Assembly (NCBI GenBank): GCA_020725665.1
Contig: DYEO01000037.1
Coordinates: 9,558 to 73,557, forward strand
Source of the DNA: Dethiobacter sp.
GTDB lineage: Bacteria; Bacillota; Dethiobacteria; DTU022; UBA8154
Length of the DNA stretch: 64,000 nucleotides
Direction: 5' to 3'
The notes below the pieces were generated by a model. The model saw only the letters and a list, made by a program, of their open reading frames with translations. It had not been told where the DNA came from and did not search any database. The position numbers were made by a program, and so were the translations under genes. Below, piece after piece: positions 18,994 to 29,134 of this stretch. Position 1 is the first letter of the stretch. Every line of letters begins with the position of its first letter.

Positions 18994-21249
18994 ATGGAAA
19001 AAAAATATTGGTGTGTTGGCCAAAATTTTCGTAAGGACGGAAAAGAAAAAGTAAAAGGTGAAACTAAATACGCCGGCGATATCTTTTTACCAGACATGTT
19101 ATTTGCAAAACCCCTTTTGGCGCCGGTTTCCCATGGCAGGCTCAAAACTATCGATACCAGTTTGGCAAAATCTTTGCCTGGTGTGGTAGCAGTGGTAACT
19201 GCTGAGGACATTAAGGGCAGCAACCGCTTCGGCCCCGTAATGCAGGACCAACCGGTGCTGGTGGGTGTTGGGGAAGATTTTAAATTTTTAGGCGATACGC
19301 TTGCCCTGGTTGCTGCTGAAAATAAAAAAATTGCTGAAGAGGCTATCCGGTTGATTAAGGTGGATTATGAAGAACTGCCGGGACTCTATAATTTTAACGA
19401 AGCTTTGGCCGATGGCGCCTTTCGCCTTCACCAGAACATGGAAAAGAATATCTGCAGTAGCGGGGAAATCGTTATCGGTGATATAACCAGTGGTTTTAAT
19501 GAGTCAGATATTATCCTGGAAGAAATTATTCAGACGCCCCGCCAGGAGCATGCCTACCTGGAAACGGAGGCTGCCGTTTCCTTTTTCGATAACCAGGGCA
19601 GGGTAAATCTTTATTCCTGTCTTCAGGACCCCTACTACTTTAATTACGACATTGCCCAGGCTTTAGGGTTGCCGGCCAACCGTATCAGAACGGTGGCAAC
19701 CACCGCTGGTGGTGCTTTCGGCGGGAAAGATGATATAACCCTACAGGCCCATGCCATTCTTTTAACATTGGTAACAGGCAGACCCGTCAAAATGGTTTAC
19801 AGCCGGGAAGAATCCATTTTAATTCATCCCAAAAGGCACCCGTCGGAAATACGTATTAAAATCGGCGCCACAAAAAACGGCAGGATTACTGCTTTTGAAG
19901 GCAGGGTCTTGATTGATGCCGGGGCATATACAGGGCGCTCGCCTGTGGTGTTAACCGTTGCCCTGAACAGCTTTGTGGGTCCGTATTACATTCCCCATAT
20001 TAAGCTTTATGGACATGCCGTCTATACGAACAATCTTGTGGCAGGCGCCTGCAGGGGGTACGGGCAACCTCAGAGCAATACTGCCAGGGAATTGGTTTTG
20101 GATATGCTGGCGGATCGCTTGAACATTAACCCAGTTACTCTTAGGAAGATAAACGCCCTGAAACAGGGCCAACAAGCGGGAACCAGGTTGGTTAACCTGG
20201 ATACTCCCCCAACCCTTGACTCATTATTGGATCAAACAATGGCGGTACTGGAAAAAAGCCCTCACGACGACACTCCGGCTTATTGCAAAAGGGGAACGGG
20301 AGTAGCCTGTGCCATGCCGTTATTTGATATTTCAGCGTTGCCCTCCTTGGGACTTGCAGGAACAGGTGTGGCCATACAAATGCATCCCGATGGTTCCCTC
20401 GTAGTTTATGCAAGTGCGGTGGAATGCGGGCAGGGCGTAATTTCTGTACTGGCCCAGATTGCTGCGGAAGAATTTTCAGTAAATCCCGGGGATGTTGAAG
20501 TGATTTTAGCCGATACGGACAGTACACCAAAATCCGGTCCCACCACAGCTTCCCGTCAAACATATACTTCGGGAAATGCCCTGAAGATTGCTTCAGAACA
20601 TCTTAAAAAAAGGCTTATTTCCTTCGGGAGCAGACTTCTAAACGTGGCAGAGGAAAAACTGTATTTTTACGGAGGCAAAATGCTTGTAAAAGACGGTGAG
20701 GGAGAAGTCCCTTTATCAAAATTAGCAAAGGAGTGTTATTACGCCGGCGTTAATCTGAAGGAGGAAGCCTGGTTTCGTTCCAATCACGCAACCATAGGTC
20801 ATACATTTATTGCTACAGCAGCGGATGTTGAAGTTGATACTTTAACCGGAAGCGTTAAGGTTCTCAAATTGGTAACGGCACATGATATTGGTAAGGCCAT
20901 TAACCCTCTTGCCGCAGCCGGTCAGATTATCGGTGGTGGTATGCAAAGCCTGGGGTGGGCGATGACAGAAGACCTTATGCAAAAGGACGGCATGGTGGTA
21001 ACCCCTTCCCTCGCGGAATACTTAATTCCCACAGCGCTTGATCTGCCTGCAATGGAAACAATTTTAATGGAAAACCCCTATCCAACAGGACCTTATGGAG
21101 CAAAGGGGGTGGGAGAACATGCCAGCATGACAGCGGCGGCTGCTATTTTGAATGCAATTTACCAGGCAACAGGAAAGATGGTAACAAATTTTCCGGCAAC
21201 CCCTGAAAAGGTATTTAATTTAGTCACCGGCATACCTGAAAGCAGTTAA
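18994..21249 (+). CDS. Xanthine dehydrogenase-family molybdopterin-binding subunit
   Basis: HAYLETE, GGAFGGK, RGYGQPQ, ASRQT, AKGVGE (catalytic Glu). Confidence 0.92.
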   Translation: MEKKYWCVGQNFRKDGKEKVKGETKYAGDIFLPDMLFAKPLLAPVSHGRLKTIDTSLAKSLPGVVAVVTAEDIKGSNRFGPVMQDQPVLVGVGEDFKFLGDTLALVAAENKKIAEEAIRLIKVDYEELPGLYNFNEALADGAFRLHQNMEKNICSSGEIVIGDITSGFNESDIILEEIIQTPRQEHAYLETEAAVSFFDNQGRVNLYSCLQDPYYFNYDIAQALGLPANRIRTVATTAGGAFGGKDDITLQAHAILLTLVTGRPVKMVYSREESILIHPKRHPSEIRIKIGATKNGRITAFEGRVLIDAGAYTGRSPVVLTVALNSFVGPYYIPHIKLYGHAVYTNNLVAGACRGYGQPQSNTARELVLDMLADRLNINPVTLRKINALKQGQQAGTRLVNLDTPPTLDSLLDQTMAVLEKSPHDDTPAYCKRGTGVACAMPLFDISALPSLGLAGTGVAIQMHPDGSLVVYASAVECGQGVISVLAQIAAEEFSVNPGDVEVILADTDSTPKSGPTTASRQTYTSGNALKIASEHLKKRLISFGSRLLNVAEEKLYFYGGKMLVKDGEGEVPLSKLAKECYYAGVNLKEEAWFRSNHATIGHTFIATAADVEVDTLTGSVKVLKLVTAHDIGKAINPLAAAGQIIGGGMQSLGWAMTEDLMQKDGMVVTPSLAEYLIPTALDLPAMETILMENPYPTGPYGAKGVGEHASMTAAAAILNAIYQATGKMVTNFPATPEKVFNLVTGIPESS

Positions 21250-21305
21250 AATAAAGTATTTATTTTTACCCAACATTAACAACATAAAATTAGCGGGAGG
21301 TCAAG

Positions 21306-22391
21306 ATGATGCAAATCGATACCATCGCCATTTTGGGAGCAGGCAACGGAGGCCGGGCTATGGCTGCCGACTTAACACTGGCCGGGTTTAAGGTTAATCT
21401 ATACGAGTTGCCGCAATTTGCAGGCAGTATAGAACATATTTTAAAAAGCGGGGAAATTGTCATATCAGGCGTTGCCAGGGAAGGTAAGGCAAAGATAAAT
21501 CTGGTTACCACGGATATAGCTGAGGCATTGTATGGTGTGGAGTTAGTTTTGCTTTGCGTGCCCTCTTTCGGACAAAAAATGATGGCTGAAATTTGTGCCC
21601 CGGTATTGCGTGACGGCATGACAGTTGTTCTTATACCGGGAGGGTTCGGCAGCTTTGTTTTCTACCGGGTGCTCCAGGATTTAGGCATAAATAAAAACAT
21701 AACACTTGCAGAAGTAGCCACACTTCCTTATGGAGCGAGAATTATATCGCCGGAAGAGGTAATAGTACACATAAATGCTATTAATTTACCCACCGGCGTT
21801 TTCCCTTCAACAAGGACAGCTGAAGTCATAAAAACATTACAAAATTTATATCCGGCCATCACCGCTGCGGAAGATATCCTCGATGTAGCGTTGAATAACG
21901 TAAATCCATGTGTTCATCCTGCTCCTTCAATTCTTAATACGGGACGCATTGAATATGCCGATGATTTTTATCTTTACCGTGAAGCGATGACACCATCCGT
22001 GCGGCGTGTTATGGTGGCAGTGGACAGGGAACGGCAGGCGGTAAGAGAGGCCTGGGGCTATAAGCCTCCCCATTTTGGCCTTGATCCTGATACTTACGAA
22101 GTTTTCGAGGATTATTTCGGACGTGGCGGTGTCGACCAGGCAGGTAAAAAGATGCGCGGGCCTCTTTCCATGAAAGATCGCTACATTACCGAAGATATAC
22201 CTTATGGGCTTGTTCTATATGCATCTGCAGGAGATGTGGTAGGCGTTGACACTCCTGCCTGTGACGCCCTGATTAACCTGGCTTCAATTATTAACAAAGA
22301 AGATTACTGGCAGACGGGGCGGACCTTTGCCAGTCTTGGACTGGAAAATATAGTTCCAGCAAAGCTTAAGGAACTGTTACACAATGGTTAA
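21306..22391 (+). CDS. NAD/NADP octopine/nopaline (opine) dehydrogenase family protein
   Basis: GAGNGG, TLPYGAR, NVNPCVHP, RYITEDIPYGL. Confidence 0.88.
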   Translation: MMQIDTIAILGAGNGGRAMAADLTLAGFKVNLYELPQFAGSIEHILKSGEIVISGVAREGKAKINLVTTDIAEALYGVELVLLCVPSFGQKMMAEICAPVLRDGMTVVLIPGGFGSFVFYRVLQDLGINKNITLAEVATLPYGARIISPEEVIVHINAINLPTGVFPSTRTAEVIKTLQNLYPAITAAEDILDVALNNVNPCVHPAPSILNTGRIEYADDFYLYREAMTPSVRRVMVAVDRERQAVREAWGYKPPHFGLDPDTYEVFEDYFGRGGVDQAGKKMRGPLSMKDRYITEDIPYGLVLYASAGDVVGVDTPACDALINLASIINKEDYWQTGRTFASLGLENIVPAKLKELLHNG

Positions 22392-22441
22392 AACATTTGA
22401 ACCGGATTTTCAGGTCAGTAATACTTTTTAAAACAAAATAG

Positions 22442-22470
22442 TTGCAATAATTAAGTATTTCCTCTAATAT
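22442..22470 (+). promoter_or_regulatory. Probable promoter of the XRE regulator (TTGCAA-17-TAATAT) containing an AATTAAG half-site
   Basis: Read directly. Confidence 0.55.
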
Positions 22471-22561
22471 TTATATGATTAAAAGATGCTATACATTTTA
22501 GGCTGATCAAAGAAAAAAAGTATTTTGTTGTTGACAGGTAAAGGATAAAGGGAGTGTATTA

Positions 22562-23098
22562 ATGATTGGTGACCGTTTCAGGATGTTACGTCAAAGTAAA
22601 AAAATGAGTATTAAAGAAGTGGCAGAAAAATCAGGACTGACTTCGAGTTTTATAAGCCAGATAGAAAGGGGGTTATCAGGGGTTTCTCTTTATAATTTGA
22701 GGGATCTATGCAAGGCAATTGATGTTCCTTTTTATTATCTCTTTCTTGAGGAAACCACTGGACATATTGTAAGGAAGAACGAACGGGTTAAATATGAACT
22801 GCCTAACTCTCCTGTTAAATATGAGATTCTTTCCCCGCGCAGAGCGGATATTAAGATTGAACAACTATTGTTAAATCTTGAAGCAGGTAATGAAAATTCA
22901 ATGCAACCAATGGCTCACTTTGGAGAAGAAATTGCCCTGATATTAAATGGAACAGTGGGTGTTGAACTTAATGGCAATGTCAATGAGTTAAACAGTGGAG
23001 ACTGTATACAATTTCAAAGTGAAATTCCTCATCGCTATATTAATCTCGGTCAATCAGAAGCACAAATTTTGATTACAGTAACGCCGCCCAGTTATTAA
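22562..23098 (+). CDS. XRE-family HTH + cupin transcriptional regulator (PuuR-like)
   Basis: SQIERG HTH; HFGEE...GDCIQF...PHRY cupin. Confidence 0.9.
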   Translation: MIGDRFRMLRQSKKMSIKEVAEKSGLTSSFISQIERGLSGVSLYNLRDLCKAIDVPFYYLFLEETTGHIVRKNERVKYELPNSPVKYEILSPRRADIKIEQLLLNLEAGNENSMQPMAHFGEEIALILNGTVGVELNGNVNELNSGDCIQFQSEIPHRYINLGQSEAQILITVTPPSY

Positions 23099-23247
23099 AA
23101 GTCATATGCCTTAAATCTGTATACCTAAAGTAAAAGTTTCCGGATTAGTGTTCGTCAGACTTTATGCCCGTTTCGGCTCCTATATTCTTTTTTGGATGAG
23201 CATATCTTTACTCGGGGTTGCTTTAATTTTAACTGCTTGTCCCATAA

Positions 23248-24507
23248 TTAGATAAAGCGGAGGGCTTCGGCCGGGTCAAGCTTCGCCGCCTGCTGGGCCG
23301 GATAGAGGCTTGCCAGCAAGCCCATGACCAAAGCCAGCAGCAGGGCCGTCAGGAAAAGATCCAGGCGCCAGGGAATTGCCGACTCCATGCCCAGGAGAAA
23401 CGGCCCCAGCAAACGGGTCAGCAGCACCCCCGTAGTATAGCCCAGCAGGCCGCCACACAAGCTGATGAAAACCCCCTCCAGGAGGATCATTTTAAACACG
23501 TGCATTTTGCGGAAACCGATAGCGCGAAAGACACCTATTTCTCGTGTCCGTTCCCGTACCGCCGCTCCTATGGTTAGCGTTACTACCAGGAGCCCGGCAA
23601 AGAGTGCCAGCAGCGATAAGGTAAGGCCAAGGCGGGAAAGCCTGTTCAATAACTTGTCCCTGCCCAGCAAGGCCTGGCGCAGGCTAATTGCCCGGGCATG
23701 GGGCAGGGCGACGGAGATCTCATCCAGCAACTTCCCTTCATTTCCGGTGCTGTCTAAGGCCAGTTGGATGGTGCTCACCTCACCGGGCCTTCCCAGCAGA
23801 CCCTGGGCCACCGGCAGGTTCATGAAGACAAAATTATCTTCGCTGCTGCCGTTTGTTTCGAGCAGGGAAAAAACCTGAAATACCCGGCCTTCCAGGAGTA
23901 AAACGTCACCGGCGTAGCTCCCCAGGGTTGCTGCAACGGCAGAGCCCAGGATAACCTGGTCATCGGCGAGGAAAAGCTGCTGCAGATCCTCCCTTCCCAG
24001 GTCCAGCAGTTGCATGCCTTCGTTCCCCTCCCCATTTTCATGGCTAAATTGCAGCCCGGTATCGGGACCGCTGCCTTCTTCCCGTTGCAGGTTGAGCCAT
24101 GGCTTTGTCATGAACTCACTCTGCAGATCAGTGCCGGCGATGATCACTTTTTGCTCACCTGTGGCAGCGATACCCAGCAGGGTGGGCGCTACAGCCCGGA
24201 CAAGGCTGCGCGAGGGCAGGTTTTTAATCGTTTCCACATCAGAGGTGGTGAGTTTTTTCCCCGAACCAATCACTACTTCAGGGATGGCAATGCCGCCGTA
24301 GGTAAAGGTAAGTCCCCCCGTATCCGGCAGGATTACCAGGTTGGCTCCGATACTGGCTTGCTGCCGGGCCAGCTCTGTTTTCATGGCCTCCACCAGGCTG
24401 TTGGTGGAAACCACGGTGGCAATGCCGATAACCAACCCCAGCATAACGAGTAGGATTTTTACTTTGCGCCGGCGCAGGCTGCTTAAAACAATGTGATAGA
24501 GATTCAT
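23248..24507 (-). CDS. FtsX/MacB-type ABC permease
   Basis: VRERTREIGVFRAIGF, LDPAEALR. Confidence 0.9.
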   Translation of the reverse strand: MNLYHIVLSSLRRRKVKILLVMLGLVIGIATVVSTNSLVEAMKTELARQQASIGANLVILPDTGGLTFTYGGIAIPEVVIGSGKKLTTSDVETIKNLPSRSLVRAVAPTLLGIAATGEQKVIIAGTDLQSEFMTKPWLNLQREEGSGPDTGLQFSHENGEGNEGMQLLDLGREDLQQLFLADDQVILGSAVAATLGSYAGDVLLLEGRVFQVFSLLETNGSSEDNFVFMNLPVAQGLLGRPGEVSTIQLALDSTGNEGKLLDEISVALPHARAISLRQALLGRDKLLNRLSRLGLTLSLLALFAGLLVVTLTIGAAVRERTREIGVFRAIGFRKMHVFKMILLEGVFISLCGGLLGYTTGVLLTRLLGPFLLGMESAIPWRLDLFLTALLLALVMGLLASLYPAQQAAKLDPAEALRFI

Positions 24508-24520
24508 GCCCCTTTACCCC

Positions 24521-25261
24521 CTATTTCCCCGTTCCCGATTTTTGCAGGCCGCAAGCTGCAGCAAACGCTTTGGGCTCTTGCGTCTCCACGCGGCCGTCCT
24601 GAATGAAGACGGCGCGGCTTACATGGTGCATATTATCTCTGTTATGGGTAACCATCAGAATGGTCAGGCCGTCGGCATTGAGTTTCTGAAACAGGTCTAT
24701 TATATCATTTCCCGTAAGCGTATCCAGGCTGCCGGTGGGTTCATCGGCAAGGATGAGGGGGGGATCGTTGACGATGGCCCGGGCGATGGCCACCCGCTCC
24801 TGTTCACCCACGGAGAGCTGGTGGGGCAGGCGATTTATTTTTCTACCCAGGCCGACGCGCTGCAGGGCCTCCCCGGCCTTCTCCCGCTTATGCCGGCTAC
24901 TCCAGTTAATCGTCACCAGGGGCAGCATGACGTTTTCCAAAGCCGTAAGGTAGGGGATAAGCTGAAACTGCTGGAAGACAAAACCCAGGTATTCTCTCCT
25001 GAAGTCGGCCCTGCGCTCTGCAGAAAGGGCATAAATGTCCAGATCATCGATAATCACCACACCGGAGGAAGGGGGGATCAGCCCCCCCAAAACGCTCAGC
25101 AGGGTGCTCTTACCTGAACCGGAGTGTCCCATAATAGCAAGGAACTCACCCCGGCATACGTCCAGGCTCACCCCCCGCAGGGCCCATACTTCTTCTTCAG
25201 CCGATTGATACTTTTTCGTCACGTTCTCAACATTAATCAGGCTATGAGACATCTGAGGCAT
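24521..25261 (-). CDS. LolD/MacB-type ABC ATPase
   Basis: [30 protein letters not shown]; start after GGAGG. Confidence 0.92.
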   Translation of the reverse strand: MPQMSHSLINVENVTKKYQSAEEEVWALRGVSLDVCRGEFLAIMGHSGSGKSTLLSVLGGLIPPSSGVVIIDDLDIYALSAERRADFRREYLGFVFQQFQLIPYLTALENVMLPLVTINWSSRHKREKAGEALQRVGLGRKINRLPHQLSVGEQERVAIARAIVNDPPLILADEPTGSLDTLTGNDIIDLFQKLNADGLTILMVTHNRDNMHHVSRAVFIQDGRVETQEPKAFAAACGLQKSGTGK

Positions 25262-25291
25262 TGTTTTTCCTCCCATATTCAATTATTAAAA

Positions 25292-26491
25292 TTAGTAAAA
25301 GCGCAGGGCTTCAGCTGGTTCCAACGCCGCCGCTTTCAGGGCGGCAACGGAACTTGATACCAGGGCCAGCACCACCGCAAGGAGCATGGCCGGCAGCGCC
25401 AGCTCCAGGCGCCAGGGAACCTGGAGTTGCATCTGTGCCAGGAAAGGGCCGGCCAGGCGGGAGATGAGTATTCCGGCCGTATAGCCGGCTGCGCCTCCGG
25501 GGATGCTCACAAAGAGCGCCTCTAAAAAGATGATCTGCAGCAGGTGACTGCGGCGAAAACCGATAGCCCGCAGAATGCCGATCTCCCGCGTCCTTTCACG
25601 CACAAAAGAGAGCATGGTGTTAAAGATTCCCAGGCCCGTCACCAAAAGGACAATTCCCGAGAGGATATAACCAAAAGCCGCGTAGCGATCCATGGTTTCC
25701 TTGCGCAGCAGGGCTGATTGCCGCAGGGCCGTAACCTGGGAACCGGGTAACACTTCCTGGAGCTGGGCCACTATCTCCTCAATGGGACAGAAATTACAGT
25801 AGGCCGAGATCTCCACCATGGAAAACTCTCCGGGACGCCCCAGCAGGGCCTGGGCCGCTCCCAGGTCGGCAAAGATAAGGCCGTCTTCCTCGCCGCCTGT
25901 CTCCGCAAGCACACCCGCCACCTGGAATGCTTTCCCGTTTAGCTGGAGCAGCTCACCGGCGCTCTTCCCCAAGGCCCGGGCTGCAGAAAAGCCCAGCAGT
26001 ACGCCGTTCGGCGGCAGCTCAAGAAGGGCCAGGTCTTTGCCTGTTTCCCCTGCAATAATGCCTGTCTCCTGGTGCAGGGAAAGCCAGGGCTTCATACTGA
26101 ACTCAAGCCGGGTGTCCATACTTACGAGCAGGGCTTTTTGCCCAACCACATCAACATCTGCAATTATCTTGGGAGAGATAATGTTGATGCTGCGCCGTTC
26201 CTCGATATCATCGATTCGTTCCAGGTCCGTAACAGTTAAATTTTCCATTTCGAAAATTACCTGGCCCATGTGTGTATCGCCATAATTCAGCTCGACGCCC
26301 TCGGCCCGGGGCGTAATCACAATATTGGCGCCGAATTCGTCCAGATAATCTCCCAGTTCCAGCTGCATCGTCTGCATAATGTTATATACGGCCAATACGG
26401 TGGCCACACCAACTGCCAGGCTGAAGATGAGGAAAGCTGTTTTCCATTTATGTCTTTTTAAATTTTTTAAGGCGATGGTCCATGTTTTCAT
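25292..26491 (-). CDS. FtsX/MacB-type ABC permease with extracellular CNFC motif
   Basis: VRERTREIGILRAIGF, LEPAEALR. Confidence 0.9.
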   Translation of the reverse strand: MKTWTIALKNLKRHKWKTAFLIFSLAVGVATVLAVYNIMQTMQLELGDYLDEFGANIVITPRAEGVELNYGDTHMGQVIFEMENLTVTDLERIDDIEERRSINIISPKIIADVDVVGQKALLVSMDTRLEFSMKPWLSLHQETGIIAGETGKDLALLELPPNGVLLGFSAARALGKSAGELLQLNGKAFQVAGVLAETGGEEDGLIFADLGAAQALLGRPGEFSMVEISAYCNFCPIEEIVAQLQEVLPGSQVTALRQSALLRKETMDRYAAFGYILSGIVLLVTGLGIFNTMLSFVRERTREIGILRAIGFRRSHLLQIIFLEALFVSIPGGAAGYTAGILISRLAGPFLAQMQLQVPWRLELALPAMLLAVVLALVSSSVAALKAAALEPAEALRFY

Positions 26492-26521
26492 CTTTTCACC
26501 TCTCCCAGGTTGTGCCGGGCT

Positions 26522-26854
26522 TTAAATTTCAAATAACCTGCCATTCGCATATGCGAGACGCATTACCAGTTCGCCGTCCTTGTAGATAAAAATCTCCTGG
26601 TGGCAACCGAAGTTCTTCACGACCGCATCTTCGGCTGTTTCACCGGTACTGGAGGCATAATATGCCAGACCCTGCTGTTGCAGCTGCTCGCTTGTTGCAC
26701 CCGGGGAGCCTCCTACCCTGCAGCAGGAGCCGCCGGAAAAGAAACTGTTGCTGTTACCGTTCACGGGGCGGGCCAGGATATAGTTGTTAAAGACATTAAA
26801 GAGGAGCAGGACAACGACTGCAATAAGCAAATAGTTTTTCAGGGAACTGTTCAC
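26522..26854 (-). CDS. Small exported/membrane-anchored Cys-containing hypothetical protein
   Basis: N-terminal hydrophobic segment, SCC and GCH motifs, RBS GAGGTG, in-operon position. Confidence 0.7.
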   Translation of the reverse strand: MNSSLKNYLLIAVVVLLLFNVFNNYILARPVNGNSNSFFSGGSCCRVGGSPGATSEQLQQQGLAYYASSTGETAEDAVVKNFGCHQEIFIYKDGELVMRLAYANGRLFEI

Positions 26855-26929
26855 CGTAATTCACCTCGCGTTTTTGATTTTTGTAAAAGGAGAGTGTCCC
26901 TGGTTTTATAACAGATAGTGCCCCTGGGC

Positions 26930-27525
26930 TTAATAGGCGCGGATGCGCCAGTTCAGAACTTTTTCCAGGGCGATGTTTACCGTGCCGTCTTCCAACAGCG
27001 GTTCCATATAGACGGGTGGGTACGCGCCGCAAACCTGTGCGCCGGCGATAAATTGATGGTCTTCAATCGTATAGGTGGTGCGGCAGGTATCACAGACCAG
27101 TGTCTCGCCGGCCAGGGAGTACGTCCCCTGCAGGGCTCGCACATGCTGCTGCCGGCGAAAAGACGTCCCGAAGGCGTGATGTAAGCCATCAGCGGTACGG
27201 CGAAACCCTCATCATTTTCCACGGTAAAGCTGACGATGTCGTTGCCATCCACCGCTGCCAGGGGTATTTTGATCATTTCATTTTCGATGAGCGGTTCCAC
27301 CTCCGTCATGGAAATTAATTTCCCCACATAGGAACGGGGCTCAACTACAGGCTCACCAAAAGCAAAAGCACTGGCCCCGGTCTCCGGGGGGCGGGTTACT
27401 TTGAAGGCAAACAGGGTGATTGCCAGCACCGCCATCGCCAGCATTACCCATTTCTTATAGGGGTTGTGCTTTGCCGCACGGGAAAACTGTTTTCTTTTTT
27501 CTGTTAGCCTCTTGTCACTCAACAA
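26930..27525 (-). pseudogene. DUF2318-like membrane-anchored Fe-S protein, frameshifted near 27120
   Basis: ...SMCEPCRGRT in one frame continues as YSLAGETLVCDTCRTTY...CGAYPP in another. Confidence 0.75.
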
Positions 27526-27577
27526 ATACGCCTCCTTAAAATTCGTTTAATTACGTGCCATCCAGAACTCCTGTAGC

Positions 27578-27594
27578 TACTACATTGTGTAGTA
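27578..27594. promoter_or_regulatory. BlaI-type operator TACTAC-N5-GTAGTA
   Basis: Perfect palindrome TACTACATTGTGTAGTA upstream of the DUF2318-ABC operon. Confidence 0.75.
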
Positions 27595-27650
27595 TATGCT
27601 GGCAAAAATATATAAAAATTTGTATTGCATAAGGGGTATAACTTGGTACT

Positions 27651-28628
27651 TTAACAGATAAGACCCAGCAACAGAATTGTGCCCACCAGCATGGCTGCAG
27701 CGAAGCTGAAAAACAGGTAAGATGGACGGCCGCTGCCTTTCCCCTGCTGTGCCTGCAGCAGGCTGGTTAGCCGCAACTCCATCTCCCGTCCCCTGCCGCC
27801 TGCAAAACTGCTGACCAGTACGGGATTTTTAACGCCTCCTTCCAACAGTAATTTCCAAACTTTGAGCAGGGCAGCGCTATAGCCCCCAAAATCGCCCAGG
27901 TAAAAGGCAGCCTCCCGGTCACAGCGACGCTCGTTTTCCAAAAGGCAACAACGTAGAAGCGAGCTGCTGAACGGACTGAAAAAAACGGCATCCCGAAGAA
28001 TATGCAGCAGGTAGGAAAAGAGGGTATCTTTCCGCCGTATATGAACTAGTTCGTGGGTTAAAACAGCTTTCATTTCCTGCTCCGTCAGCTGGGAGAACAA
28101 CCAGGCGTTTATGACCAGGACAGGTTTCCGCAGCCCGGCTATGAACGCCGAAAAACCCTTATGGCTGCTGTAAATGACCTCGGGGACAGGCAGGGAGAGA
28201 GCGGCGCATTGCCCGTTGAGGATACGCTTAATCCTTTCTTCTTCATGCTGTGACAGCTTCACGGCCTGCCTGCGGGTACGAGCCACAAAGAGGGGTACAG
28301 CCACAGCTTTTGAAATACCCGCACCGATAAAGAGGAGCAGCAGGGGAGACAAATAGCTGTAGGCCAGATAGCCCACATGACAGAGAAGCCCCAGCGTGGC
28401 CCCACCCACGGAGAAGAACCCCGTATGACACTGTTTGGTTAAGAGGGAATGATAAAGAACGAAAGCAATAAAAGGGGCCAGGAGCGCCAAGAGGTAAAGG
28501 GCCATGCGCTGCCCCGGGTTATGTAGCGGAAAATATTTTAAGTAGAGCGCCACTGCCGGATAGGCGAGCAGGTGGCCAAAGATGACATAAAGGAAAAACG
28601 AATGCAGATCAGCCAGTTGCATCGTCAT
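27651..28628 (-). CDS. M56 (BlaR1-type) membrane zinc metallopeptidase lacking a penicillin-binding sensor domain
   Basis: THELVH, ENERRCD; TM segments; overlaps the blaI stop. Confidence 0.85.
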   Translation of the reverse strand: MTMQLADLHSFFLYVIFGHLLAYPAVALYLKYFPLHNPGQRMALYLLALLAPFIAFVLYHSLLTKQCHTGFFSVGGATLGLLCHVGYLAYSYLSPLLLLFIGAGISKAVAVPLFVARTRRQAVKLSQHEEERIKRILNGQCAALSLPVPEVIYSSHKGFSAFIAGLRKPVLVINAWLFSQLTEQEMKAVLTHELVHIRRKDTLFSYLLHILRDAVFFSPFSSSLLRCCLLENERRCDREAAFYLGDFGGYSAALLKVWKLLLEGGVKNPVLVSSFAGGRGREMELRLTSLLQAQQGKGSGRPSYLFFSFAAAMLVGTILLLGLIC

Positions 28629-29067
28629 TATCATCCTTCTGCAGTTCCTCTTCTTTATGGGCGGCCAGTATTGTCTCCAGCCTGTGGATAGTCTCCCGGT
28701 CATCCTTTTGCACGCGCTGGATAAAATGAGCCAGGGTGACATCGGCAAAGTCGTCCAGCAGGCTGTCCATAACCTTGCCTACCACGCTGCGGGTAAATTC
28801 CTCACGTGTAATTGTAGGAAGAAAGTAATGGGTATTTCCCACGGACCATTTTTGCAACAGTTTCTTGGCGGCAAGGCGGCTCATTACGGTCATAACAGTG
28901 GTGTAGGCAATCTTACGGTTGGCCTGAATCTCCTCGTAAACATCGCGGATACTGACCTGGCAACCTTTGCGCCAGACAACCTCCATGATTTCGCTTTCCA
29001 GTTTTCCCAGCACCTTGTCCAGGCCGCGCATACCCAAGCGAAACTCGGCGGGAATCCGGTATTTCAT
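28609..29067 (-). CDS. BlaI/MecI/CopY family repressor
   Basis: LGKLESEIMEVVW, AYTTVMTVMSRL. Confidence 0.92.
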   Translation of the reverse strand: MKYRIPAEFRLGMRGLDKVLGKLESEIMEVVWRKGCQVSIRDVYEEIQANRKIAYTTVMTVMSRLAAKKLLQKWSVGNTHYFLPTITREEFTRSVVGKVMDSLLDDFADVTLAHFIQRVQKDDRETIHRLETILAAHKEEELQKDDNDDATG

Positions 29068-29134
29068 TTACCGGCCCTCCTTTTTTGCTTTAACATGTAA
29101 CTTAAACCTTTGTCAGCATTATACTTCACCCATC

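Noticed and set aside
17622-21249. Aerobic CO dehydrogenase or purine-degradation cluster
   Set aside because: No AYxCSFR motif and no purine-pathway genes nearby
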